A stretch of DNA of 61,439 nt from Candidatus Acidiferrales bacterium (lineage in GTDB: Bacteria > Acidobacteriota > Terriglobia > Acidiferrales > UBA7541), in NCBI GenBank assembly GCA_050014735.1, contig JBEKCU010000003.1, forward strand, positions 1 through 61,439. Direction: 5' to 3'. The notes under the pieces were generated by a model. That model saw nothing but the letters and a program-made list of their open reading frames with translations, was not told the DNA's origin and made no database searches. The position numbers were made by a program, and so were the translations under genes. Shown in pieces: positions 9,003 to 17,713 of the stretch. Every line of letters starts with the position of its first letter. Positions within the stretch are counted from its first letter, which is position 1.

Positions 9003-10283
9003 TCACGGAACTTCGGACGAAGACGGTGCGCCGGAGCCCGATCCATGCGTGGGTTCAGCCGGAATCGGTATTTCCGCCCGGGCCATGCGCTGTAATCGAA
9101 CGCTGCCGAACACGAGGATCAGATTCGTAAGAAGGATTACGGCAAACGACATCGCGGGAAGGAACGCCATGGAGCTTCCTCTGACGTCAACGACCTCAAG
9201 CGCCAGAACGATTGTGATTAGCCCGCGCGGCAGCATCCAGAGTATTTTCTCGCGGTCGGCTGTGCCCAGGCCGCGCCAAGTCCATCGGCAAAGCTGAATG
9301 GAAAGCCAGCGCGCCAGATAAATTGCACCTATTACACCGAGCATCAGAGGCCAAATGGGACGCAGTCCGGATAGCTGGACAATCACGCCAATCAAAACAA
9401 AGAAAAATGTGCGAACCAGAAACGAAAGTTCGGCATGGAAACTGAGAATCCGCTCATGTGGCTGGGAATCAGGCGGTGAAAATTGAAACAAAGCAGGAAC
9501 GATCCTTCGCCGCACGCCGGGGATATTGGATAGCGCGAGCCCAAATCCGAGTACGGCGAGCAGTCCGCTGCCCCCCAGGCGTTCGGTTCCCGCATACAAA
9601 AGCAGGACCATCGAGAACGTCAGAACCTGCCAGAACTGCTGCTCGGAAAGATAAGGCAGGAGCCGTGACCAGCCAAATCCAATCAGGAACGCTACGCCGA
9701 GGGAAATCGCCACCTGGGAAAAAAAGCCGGTTAAGAAATCTCCCACGATCGAGCCGCCCGGTTGATGGTAGGCAATCAGATAACCTACCGTAAGCACTCC
9801 TAAGATGTCTCCGAGTGTGGACTCGATCAGCAGAATTATTTTGACGGCCTTTTCCGATTTCCATTGTTGAAGAACGGGAAGTACGATCGTGCTGCTCGTG
9901 CAACCCACGACGGCTCCGGCCAGCAATCCGTCGCGTCGTGACATTCCTAAACTGGCGGATGCGACGAAGCCAACTCCAAACGTTGTGACCGCATAGCTCA
10001 CCACGCCAAACAGCAGACCGCCTGGAAAATGACCCAGCGTCTCACGAATGTCCAAGTCAAGCCCGCCCTCAAACAAGATCAGGATGAGTGCGAGCGTGCC
10101 GAAGGCGTGCGTGACGTCTCTGAATTGATCGGCGCGCGCCCATCCCAGCACCGGCCCAATCACCACTCCGGTGGCCATTAAAACCACGACGTCCGGAATG
10201 CGCGTCCACCGAAATAGCCGGTTGGCGCCAAAGGCCAGAACAAGGAGGCCGCCGAGCAATCCGAAGAGCGAAGTCAGATTCAT
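9003..10283 (-). CDS. Cation:proton antiporter (Na+/H+ exchanger family)
   Basis: 426-aa polytopic membrane protein. The helix pattern and blocks (LILILFEGGLDLD, GCTSSTIVLPVL) are typical of CPA-type exchangers. Confidence 0.85.
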   Translation of the reverse strand: MNLTSLFGLLGGLLVLAFGANRLFRWTRIPDVVVLMATGVVIGPVLGWARADQFRDVTHAFGTLALILILFEGGLDLDIRETLGHFPGGLLFGVVSYAVTTFGVGFVASASLGMSRRDGLLAGAVVGCTSSTIVLPVLQQWKSEKAVKIILLIESTLGDILGVLTVGYLIAYHQPGGSIVGDFLTGFFSQVAISLGVAFLIGFGWSRLLPYLSEQQFWQVLTFSMVLLLYAGTERLGGSGLLAVLGFGLALSNIPGVRRRIVPALFQFSPPDSQPHERILSFHAELSFLVRTFFFVLIGVIVQLSGLRPIWPLMLGVIGAIYLARWLSIQLCRWTWRGLGTADREKILWMLPRGLITIVLALEVVDVRGSSMAFLPAMSFAVILLTNLILVFGSVRLQRMARAEIPIPAEPTHGSGSGAPSSSEVP

Positions 10284-10385
10284 CCTGTCCGCACTTTATA
10301 TGCTGCGCATTGGAAAACCAAGTCATCGTGGTTTAACTTTTCCGGTACAATTCCAAACGTACAGATTCGGCGCGGGAGACAAGGG

Positions 10386-10853
10386 ATGGACAACGCTTTT
10401 ATGCACGAGGCGGTACGGCTGGCAGTCGAGAATGTACGCTCGGGACGTGGTGGGCCGTTTGCGGCGCTCGTGGTGAAGGATGGTCATGTCATCTCAACCG
10501 GCACAAATACAGTGACTTCCACCGACGATCCCACCGCCCATGCGGAAGTGGTTGCCATCCGCGAAGCTTGCCGGGCGCTGAGCACGTTTCAACTGACCGG
10601 ATGTGAAATTTACACCAGTTGCGAGCCGTGTCCGATGTGCCTGGGCGCGATTTATTGGGCGCGATTGGATCGTGTGTATTTTGCGGCGACTGCGAAAGAT
10701 GCCTCCGATGCCGGCTTCGATGACTCTTTCATCTATGAGGAATTGAAAATTACGCCGACCCAGCGGCGGATCCCGTTCGAGCCGATCATGCATGAAGCGG
10801 GGCTTGAACCCTTTCGCGAGTGGAAACAGAAAGACAACCGCGTCCAGTACTGA
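10386..10853 (+). CDS. CDA-fold zinc deaminase, guanine deaminase type
   Basis: Zinc motifs HAEVVAIREA and CEPCPMC, 155 aa. It is the first gene of the purine-catabolic operon, which fits a small GuaD-type guanine deaminase; substrate is inferred from context. Confidence 0.75.
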   Translation: MDNAFMHEAVRLAVENVRSGRGGPFAALVVKDGHVISTGTNTVTSTDDPTAHAEVVAIREACRALSTFQLTGCEIYTSCEPCPMCLGAIYWARLDRVYFAATAKDASDAGFDDSFIYEELKITPTQRRIPFEPIMHEAGLEPFREWKQKDNRVQY

Positions 10854-10907
10854 ACGCCGCCAGTACTAAACGCCGGAAGTAACACGAGTTCAGGCGAGGC
10901 TTTGCGA

Positions 10908-13181
10908 ATGGAAGAAAAGTTTTTTGGACATTCCGTCGTCCGGAAAGAAGGACGCGATAAAGTCACTGGCCGCGCGCGGTACGTGGACGACCTTTCCTTC
11001 TCGGACGAACTCCCGGAAACAATTTACGGCGTGACCGTGCGCAGCAGTGTTCCGCGCGGCCGGATCCGCGGCATCCGATATGGCGACGGCATTGCGTGGA
11101 ACGAATTCACGATTGTCACGGCGGCGGATATACCGGGCAAGAACGAAATCGCTCTAATCGAACACGATCAACCGTGCCTTGCCGCCGAATTTATCAATCA
11201 CCCCGAGGAACCGATCGTTCTGCTCGCTCATCCCGATAAATATTTGCTGGAGGATGCGCGGCGCGCCGTGCAGATCGATGTCGAAGCGCTACCGGCAATT
11301 TTCACGATTGAGGACTCGCTGGCAAAACGCGAAATCATCTGGGGCAAGGACAATGTGCTCAAGTCCTACCTGATGGAAAAAGGCGACGTGGACAGCGCCT
11401 GGGCCCGCGCCGATGTGATTTTCGAGGACGAATACCGAACCGGCGCGCAGGAACAACTCTATATTGAAAACCAGGGCATGGTCGCGGTGGCAAATCCGGC
11501 TGACGGAGTGACCGTGTGGGGTTCGCTGCAATGCCCTTACTATGTGCACAAGGCGCTCATGCCTGTGTTCGGGCTGCCCGCCGAAAAAATTCGTATCATT
11601 CAGGCGGAAACGGGCGGCGGATTCGGCGGCAAGGAAGAATATCCTTCGATTATTGCGGCGCACGCGGCGCTGCTAGCGTGGAAATCCGGCAAGCGCGTCA
11701 AAATTGTGTATGACCGCGCCGAAGACATGGTGGCGACAACCAAGCGGCATCCTTCACGCACGAGGCACCGCACAGGGGTCACGCGCGACGGCAAGCTGGT
11801 CGCGATGGATATCGACTTCACGATCGACGGCGGCGCGTACGCCACGCTTTCCGCCGTGGTGCTCTCGCGCGGCACGATTCACGCAACGGGGCCCTATTTC
11901 TGTCCCAATGTGCGCGTCCATTCGCAAGCTGTCGCCACAAACGCCCCTCCTCATGGCGCGTTTCGCGGCTTCGGCGCGCCCCAATGCCTGTTTGCCGTGG
12001 AACGCCACATCGATCATGTTGCGCGCGCCGTGAATTTGACGCCCGGGGAATTTCGCCGGCGTAATTTCATTCGCAAGGATCAAACGACAGCGACCGGACA
12101 AACGATTCACGAAGATGTAGACCTCGGTGGATTGCTCGACCGTGCGTTTAGGGAGAGCGACTATCATGCCAAGCTCGAAAGGTTCGCGCGCGAAAATCCG
12201 GGCGCGGCGATCAAGCGCGGAATCGGCTTTGCTGCTTTTATGCACGGCGCGGGCTTTACCGGATCCGGCGAAGTCTATCTGGCTTCCGTCGTCGAGGTCG
12301 AGGCGACTCCGGAAGGGTGCATCCGGGTGCTCGCAGGCAGCACGGAGATCGGCCAAGGCGCCAATACGATCTTCTCCCAAATTGCCGCCGATACTCTTGG
12401 CATCGGCTATGACCTCATCGAAATTGCGCAGCCCGATACAGGCACGGTTCCAAACAGTGGACCGACTGTCGCGTCGCGTACCTCGATGGTTGTTGGCAAA
12501 CTCGTTGAGGAAGCGGCGCTTGGGTTGAAGCGAACGCTCGTGGACAGTGGCTTGCTTTGCGATGCGTGTACCGAAGATGAATTCGTGCGCGCGTGCAAGC
12601 GCTACATCGACACACGCGGCCCTCTTCGTACTCGCAGCCAGTACGAGCCGCCGCCCGGCTTGATCTGGAATGACAAGACCTACAGTGGTGACGCTTACGG
12701 AACTTATACCTGGGCCGTCTATGTAGCCGAAGTTGCCGTGGATACGACCACCTACGAAGCGCGCGTCACCGATTTCGTCGCAGTGCAGGAAGTCGGCAAG
12801 GTCATCAATCCATTGCTCGCGGCCGGACAAATTGAGGGCGGAGTAGCGCAGGCGATCGGGATGGCGCTCTACGAAAATGTTGTGTGGCGCGACGGTCGCA
12901 TGGCCAACGGTCAAATGACGAATTACATCATGCCTACCGCCGCGGATATTCCTCCCATCCGTGTGTTTTTTGAAGAGCATCCGTATCCATTCGGTCCCGG
13001 AGGAGCCAAAGGAATCGGCGAACTGCCGATGGACGGTCCCGCGCCGGCAATTCTGAATGCCATCGAAAACGCGATCGGAATCTCCGTGAACGAAATTCCA
13101 GCGACGCCGGAAGTGTTGATGGACGCGATGACGGACGGATTCGCCAAGACGTCGCGCGAGAAGGTTGGTGCGCTTGACTGA
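10908..13181 (+). CDS. Xanthine dehydrogenase-family molybdopterin-binding large subunit
   Basis: Blocks TGGGFGGKEE, AFRGFGAPQ and GAKGIGELPMDG are as in XDH/aldehyde oxidase large subunits. I prefer ATG 10908 (GAGG 8 nt upstream) over the ORF-track TTG at 10902. Confidence 0.85.
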   Translation: MEEKFFGHSVVRKEGRDKVTGRARYVDDLSFSDELPETIYGVTVRSSVPRGRIRGIRYGDGIAWNEFTIVTAADIPGKNEIALIEHDQPCLAAEFINHPEEPIVLLAHPDKYLLEDARRAVQIDVEALPAIFTIEDSLAKREIIWGKDNVLKSYLMEKGDVDSAWARADVIFEDEYRTGAQEQLYIENQGMVAVANPADGVTVWGSLQCPYYVHKALMPVFGLPAEKIRIIQAETGGGFGGKEEYPSIIAAHAALLAWKSGKRVKIVYDRAEDMVATTKRHPSRTRHRTGVTRDGKLVAMDIDFTIDGGAYATLSAVVLSRGTIHATGPYFCPNVRVHSQAVATNAPPHGAFRGFGAPQCLFAVERHIDHVARAVNLTPGEFRRRNFIRKDQTTATGQTIHEDVDLGGLLDRAFRESDYHAKLERFARENPGAAIKRGIGFAAFMHGAGFTGSGEVYLASVVEVEATPEGCIRVLAGSTEIGQGANTIFSQIAADTLGIGYDLIEIAQPDTGTVPNSGPTVASRTSMVVGKLVEEAALGLKRTLVDSGLLCDACTEDEFVRACKRYIDTRGPLRTRSQYEPPPGLIWNDKTYSGDAYGTYTWAVYVAEVAVDTTTYEARVTDFVAVQEVGKVINPLLAAGQIEGGVAQAIGMALYENVVWRDGRMANGQMTNYIMPTAADIPPIRVFFEEHPYPFGPGGAKGIGELPMDGPAPAILNAIENAIGISVNEIPATPEVLMDAMTDGFAKTSREKVGALD

Positions 13182-13689
13182 AACCGTCGCGAAAATCAAC
13201 ATCGCATGCACGGTTAACGGCAAACCGCGCCGCGCGCAAGTCTACCCGATGGCGCGCCTGCTGGATGTGATTCGCGAGGAAATGCAGCTGACCGGCACAA
13301 AGGAAGGCTGTGGCGAGGGAGAATGCGGCGCCTGCGCGATCCTGCTGAATGGCATGATCGTTAACAGTTGCCTAATACCTGCGGTCGAAGCGGATGGCGC
13401 GAGGATTCACACCATCGAAGGCGTCGCGAACGGCGACCGGCTCCACGCAGTGCAGGCAGCTTTTCTGGAGTGCGGCGGCGCGCAGTGCGGCATCTGCACG
13501 CCCGGCATGGTGATCGCAGCAGTTTCGCTGCTCGGGAAGCATCCGAATCCCAGCGACGCTGAAATTCGGGAGGGGCTTGCCGGGAATCTGTGCCGCTGCA
13601 CGGGTTACCAGAGAATCTTTGCGGCCGTCGTAAGAGCGTGTGAACCGGCGGCTGAAGGATCTCCCGGGCAAATTACCGGAAAACGATGA
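13165..13689 (+). CDS. Xanthine dehydrogenase-family (2Fe-2S) small subunit
   Basis: Two Fe-S cysteine clusters: CGEGECGACA, and CGICTPG...CRCTGY. The start (TTG 13165) is uncertain. Confidence 0.85.
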   Translation: MVRLTETVAKINIACTVNGKPRRAQVYPMARLLDVIREEMQLTGTKEGCGEGECGACAILLNGMIVNSCLIPAVEADGARIHTIEGVANGDRLHAVQAAFLECGGAQCGICTPGMVIAAVSLLGKHPNPSDAEIREGLAGNLCRCTGYQRIFAAVVRACEPAAEGSPGQITGKR

Positions 13690-14549
13690 GAGCCAACATC
13701 CGTACCTACGACTTGCGCATTCCGGTGAGTCTCTCGGAGGCGCTCGCCCTTCTGAATAGTGAGCCGGGAACCTGGCAACCGTTTGCCGGGGGCACCGACC
13801 TAATGGTTCTTCTCGAAGCGGGCAAACTCTCTCATAAGCGATTTCTGAGTCTGGCGAAACTGGATGATTTGCGCGGAATCGAAGTAACCCCCGATACGAT
13901 AACGCTGGGAGCGCTGACGACATATACCGAAATCAGAAACCATCTCGCGCTGCATGCGGAATTTCCCCTGTTGTGCGAGGCGGCGAGCCAAACCGGGAGC
14001 ATTGCCACGCAGAATCGTGGAACGCTGGGAGGCAACATCGTAAATGCTTCGCCTGCTGCGGATTCCCCTCCTGCGCTGCTGGTTTACGATGCTGAAGTCG
14101 AATTCATTTCCAACCGCGGCGTTCGATGGGTGCCCTATCATGGATTTCATACCGGGTATAAAAAAATGCGGATCGCACCGGATGAATTGCTGCGTGCGAT
14201 CCGGCTGCCGCGCCGGACAAAACCTTGGCGGCAATACTATCGGAAAGTGGGCACACGAAAGGCCCAGGCGATTTCGAAGGTGTGCTTTGCGGGTGCCGCA
14301 TCGATGGAAGCGGGAACGATTCGCGATGTGCGCATTGCGATGGGCAGTATCGCGCCCGTCGTGCTGCGCGCGGTGAAAACCGAAGACACTCTGCGTGGCA
14401 AGCGCGTCGATGCTGAAACCATTGCAGCAGCCAGGGAAACTCTGTCGGATGATATTGCGCCGATCGACGATATACGTTCCACTGCGCGGTACCGCTCGCG
14501 CGTCGCGGAAAATCTGCTGGGCGAATTTCTATCGCAGCTCGCAAAATGA
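13686..14549 (+). CDS. Xanthine dehydrogenase-family FAD-binding subunit
   Basis: CoxM/XdhB-like FAD-binding blocks (FAGGTDLMV, TLGGNIVNASPAADS). ATGA start/stop overlap with both neighbours. Confidence 0.85.
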   Translation: MRANIRTYDLRIPVSLSEALALLNSEPGTWQPFAGGTDLMVLLEAGKLSHKRFLSLAKLDDLRGIEVTPDTITLGALTTYTEIRNHLALHAEFPLLCEAASQTGSIATQNRGTLGGNIVNASPAADSPPALLVYDAEVEFISNRGVRWVPYHGFHTGYKKMRIAPDELLRAIRLPRRTKPWRQYYRKVGTRKAQAISKVCFAGAASMEAGTIRDVRIAMGSIAPVVLRAVKTEDTLRGKRVDAETIAAARETLSDDIAPIDDIRSTARYRSRVAENLLGEFLSQLAK

Positions 14550-15907
14550 AAACCATTCAAGCGATTCGCAGTAAACGTGTTGTGACTCCGGAAGGAACGA
14601 AGCCTGCGACCGTGCATATCCGCGACGGCGTGATCGCGGCTATCGCTGGATATGAAGACATATCCTCAGGAAAAAATGTTTATGATGCGGGCGATCTCGT
14701 TGTCATGCCCGGCCTCGTTGACACGCACGTACATATCAATGAGCCGGGGCGCACGGATTGGGAAGGCTTCGAAACTGCAACACGCGCGGCAGCAGCGGGA
14801 GGCGTGACCACGCTGACTGACATGCCGCTTAACAGTATTCCCGCGACCACGACGGCGGCAGCGCTCGAAATCAAGCGCGCGGCGGCCAGCAAGAAATGCC
14901 GGGTGAACGTCGGCTTTTGGGGCGGCGTCGTTCCGGGCAACGTGGGTGAATTGGCCGCGCTTCATCGCGCCGGTGTCTTTGGCTTCAAATGTTTTCTTGT
15001 GCCGTCCGGCGTGCCTGAATTTGAGAGTGTCGGCGAGCGCGATCTTCGGCTCGCATTGCCGGAACTTGCATCCTTGGATGCTTCGTTGCTGGTCCACGCG
15101 GAACTTCCAGGACCGATCGAGAAAGTAGTGGGCAAGCTCGCCAAAGCCGATCCAAGAAAGTACAAGACGTGGTTAAGGTCAAGGCCGCCTGCCGCGGAAA
15201 CCGAAGCGGTTGACATGATGATTCGTCTGGCGCGTGAATTCAAAACACGGGTTCATATCGTTCATTTGTCGTCCGAGCGCTCCGTGCGATCGATTCGTCG
15301 CGCGAAAAAGGACGGCTTCCGCGTCAGCACGGAAACATGTCCGCACTATTTATTTTTTTCCTCAAGCTCCGTTCGGAGCGGACGGACCGAGTATAAGTGC
15401 GCGCCGCCCATTCGCGATTCGCAAAATAAGAAGGGTCTATGGGCCGCACTGGATAAAGGCACGATTGATTTTATTGTTTCCGATCATTCCCCTTCGCCAC
15501 CGGCGATGAAATGTCAGACGACTGGTGATTTTTTCAAGGCCTGGGGCGGGATTTCCTCCTTGCAGCTTGGTCTTCCTGTTATATGGACGAAATTAAGAGC
15601 GCGAAAAGATTCTCTCGAGAGCATTGTGCGGTGGATGTGCAGTGGTCCCGCGCAATTCATGGGCCTCGAAAAACAAAAGGGCACGATTGCGGCTGGATAT
15701 GACGCTGACATTGTCGTATGGGATCCCGAGAAGCGTTTCATCGTGCGCCCCAAAATGCTGCATCATCGCCATAAGTTGACGCCCTATATGAACGCGCCGC
15801 TGCGCGGCGAAGTGCAAGCGACATTTCTGCGAGGCGAGATGATCTACGATCATGGGCGATTTCCGGGCGCGCCGCGCGGCTCCCTGCTGCGGCGAGGGGA
15901 ACGCTGA
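14546..15907 (+). CDS. allB: Allantoinase
   Basis: Cyclic amidohydrolase with DTHVHINEPGRTDWEGFETATRAAAAGGVTT, HAE and VSDHSP blocks. Context is the purine operon. Confidence 0.85.
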   Translation: MKTIQAIRSKRVVTPEGTKPATVHIRDGVIAAIAGYEDISSGKNVYDAGDLVVMPGLVDTHVHINEPGRTDWEGFETATRAAAAGGVTTLTDMPLNSIPATTTAAALEIKRAAASKKCRVNVGFWGGVVPGNVGELAALHRAGVFGFKCFLVPSGVPEFESVGERDLRLALPELASLDASLLVHAELPGPIEKVVGKLAKADPRKYKTWLRSRPPAAETEAVDMMIRLAREFKTRVHIVHLSSERSVRSIRRAKKDGFRVSTETCPHYLFFSSSSVRSGRTEYKCAPPIRDSQNKKGLWAALDKGTIDFIVSDHSPSPPAMKCQTTGDFFKAWGGISSLQLGLPVIWTKLRARKDSLESIVRWMCSGPAQFMGLEKQKGTIAAGYDADIVVWDPEKRFIVRPKMLHHRHKLTPYMNAPLRGEVQATFLRGEMIYDHGRFPGAPRGSLLRRGER

Positions 15908-16843
15908 TGGATTTTACCGAGCACATCGATCTTGCCGCGGAACGGCTCGGTGGGCGCGTGCTCTCCGCGAATGATGAATTCTTCGCGCCTAAAGAGAATT
16001 TGCTAAAAGCCGCCGCGCCAGTCTGGATGCCAGACAAGTACACCGAATTCGGCAAATGGATGGACGGCTGGGAGACGCGGCGGCGGCGCACGCCCGGCTA
16101 CGATTGGTGCATCGTGAAACTGGGGTTGCCGGGAATCGTTCAGGGCGTGGTGGTGGATACCGCAAACTTCAAGGGAAATTACCCGGAGCAATGCGAACTG
16201 GAAGCCTGCACGGTCGATGGCGACCCTGATATGACGAAGCTTGAGCACGTGACGACCCGGTGGGAGTCGTTGCTGCCAAAGTCGCAGCTCGCGGGCGACA
16301 CGTTAAATCGCTTTCCGATTTCTCATGGCGACCGTATCACACACCTTCGATTTAAAATTTATCCCGACGGGGGAGTTGCGCGGCTGCGGGTACATGGCGA
16401 AGTCATGCCCGACTGGGCATCCATCGAACGCAAGGGCGGTGAAATCGACCTTGCGGCTGTCGAACACGGTGGGAATGCACGACGGCTGGGAAACACGCCG
16501 GCGGCGCGGTCCGGGCCATGACTGGTGCGTCGTGCGGCTGGGCGCGGCGGGCACGATCCGGCGCATCGAAGTGGATACGTCTTTCTTTAAGGGAAATTTT
16601 CCGGAGAGCTGCCAGCTCGAAGTCTGCACCGCGCCACGCGATGTTACCGATCCAAGCGCCCTTGCATCCCTCCCGTGGCAGGAAATTCTGGCCAGGACAA
16701 AACTGAAAGCAGATTCGCTGCATGTCTACGAAAAGGAAATTCTGGACGTGGAAGCAATCACGCATGCCCGCTTTCACATCTATCCCGACGGCGGAGTGGC
16801 GAGGCTGCGCCTGTTCGGAACCCTTGCTCTAAAGAGGCCGTAA
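15907..16843 (+). pseudogene. alc: Allantoicase, reading frame broken between its two repeats
   Basis: ORF 15907-16521 carries repeat 1 (DGWETRRRRTPGYDWCIVKL...FKGNYPE). ORF 16325-16843 in another frame carries repeat 2 (DGWETRRRRGPGHDWCVVRL...FKGNFPE). The frames switch near 16471-16476 and sequence seems missing there. Confidence 0.75.
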
Positions 16844-16845
16844 CA

Positions 16846-17358
16846 ATGACCCTCGATGAATTCAACGCGCTGCCGCCGGCGAAAGCGGAATCGACGCTGA
16901 TGGATTGTTGCGGATGCGCACGGTGGGCGGCAAACATGGCGGCGCAGCGTCCGTTCAATAATGTCAATTCCATGTTCGCCGCTGCGGATACGGTTTGGCA
17001 AAATCTGGAACGCGCTGACTGGCTCGAAGCTTTCAGTCACCACCCGCAAATCGGCGAGAAAGCCTCTGTCGGTTCCGCATCCGCCCGCCAGTGGGCGGCA
17101 GGAGAACAGTCCGGCGCGCGCGCCGCAACTGAAGATTCGAAGGCGCGCCTGGCTCGCGGGAATCGCGCCTACTACGATAAATTCGGCTATATCTATATCG
17201 TCTGCGCGACCGGGAAATCGGCGGACGAGATGCTTGCGCTTCTTGATCGGCGATTACAGAATGACGCGGCGAGCGAGCTGCCGATTGCGGCGGAACAGCA
17301 GCGGCTGATTACGCGCATACGTTTGGAGAAACTCTTGTCCAGTGAGTTTGCCCGATGA
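16846..17358 (+). CDS. uraD: OHCU decarboxylase (2-oxo-4-hydroxy-4-carboxy-5-ureidoimidazoline decarboxylase)
   Basis: From ATG 16846: MTLDEFNALP...WLEAFSHHPQIGE...YDKFGYIYIVCATGKS..., typical of OHCU decarboxylase. The ORF-track upstream extension overlaps alc. Confidence 0.85.
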   Translation: MTLDEFNALPPAKAESTLMDCCGCARWAANMAAQRPFNNVNSMFAAADTVWQNLERADWLEAFSHHPQIGEKASVGSASARQWAAGEQSGARAATEDSKARLARGNRAYYDKFGYIYIVCATGKSADEMLALLDRRLQNDAASELPIAAEQQRLITRIRLEKLLSSEFAR

Positions 17359-17705
17359 GCGAGGTGACGAGCGCCATTACAACTCATGTTCTGGATACTT
17401 CGCGCGGCCGCCCGGCAATCGGCATCCAGGTTGGATTGCAAATGAAGTCCGGCGACACATGGAAAACACTGGGTGCAGGGCTAACCGATGCGAATGGGCG
17501 TTGCACAGGACTGTTGGGAGGTAGCCGCTTGGAGGCGGGCACGTATCGACTGCTCTTTAATGCAGCCGAATACTTTCGGGAGCAGCATACGGAAACTCTT
17601 TATTCGGAGATCTCAGTCGTTTTTGAAGTTCTCCATCCTGAAACGCACTACCACGTGCCGCTGTTGCTTAGTCCTTTTGGATACGCGACCTACCGAGGCA
17701 GCTGA
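17355..17705 (+). CDS. uraH: 5-hydroxyisourate hydrolase (transthyretin-like)
   Basis: 116 aa, ITTHVLDTSRGRPA...HYHVPLLLSPFGYATYRGS, with the characteristic C-terminal Y-x-T-Y-R-G-S. Confidence 0.9.
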   Translation: MSEVTSAITTHVLDTSRGRPAIGIQVGLQMKSGDTWKTLGAGLTDANGRCTGLLGGSRLEAGTYRLLFNAAEYFREQHTETLYSEISVVFEVLHPETHYHVPLLLSPFGYATYRGS

Positions 17706-17713
17706 TCTTTCTT

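Noticed and set aside
11754-13223. 489-aa minus-strand ORF antisense to the XDH large subunit. Similar cases: 27605-28645, 38402-39073, 49387-50328, 29770-30543, 57005-57604, 35232-36023
   Set aside because: All lie opposite strongly recognisable genes, are Arg/Gly/Ala-rich and have no recognisable domain. I treat them as frame shadows.
16455-16525. Programmed ribosomal frameshift joining the two allantoicase frames
   Set aside because: There is no slippery heptamer or downstream structure. In addition, about 20 codons of conserved sequence are absent, which a frameshift would not restore. A deletion or assembly error is the simpler explanation.
16325-16843. 172-aa ORF as an independent gene
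   Set aside because: From residue ~51 it is the second allantoicase repeat. Upstream of that it is out-of-frame read-through of repeat 1. It is better explained as the 3' half of a broken alc gene.
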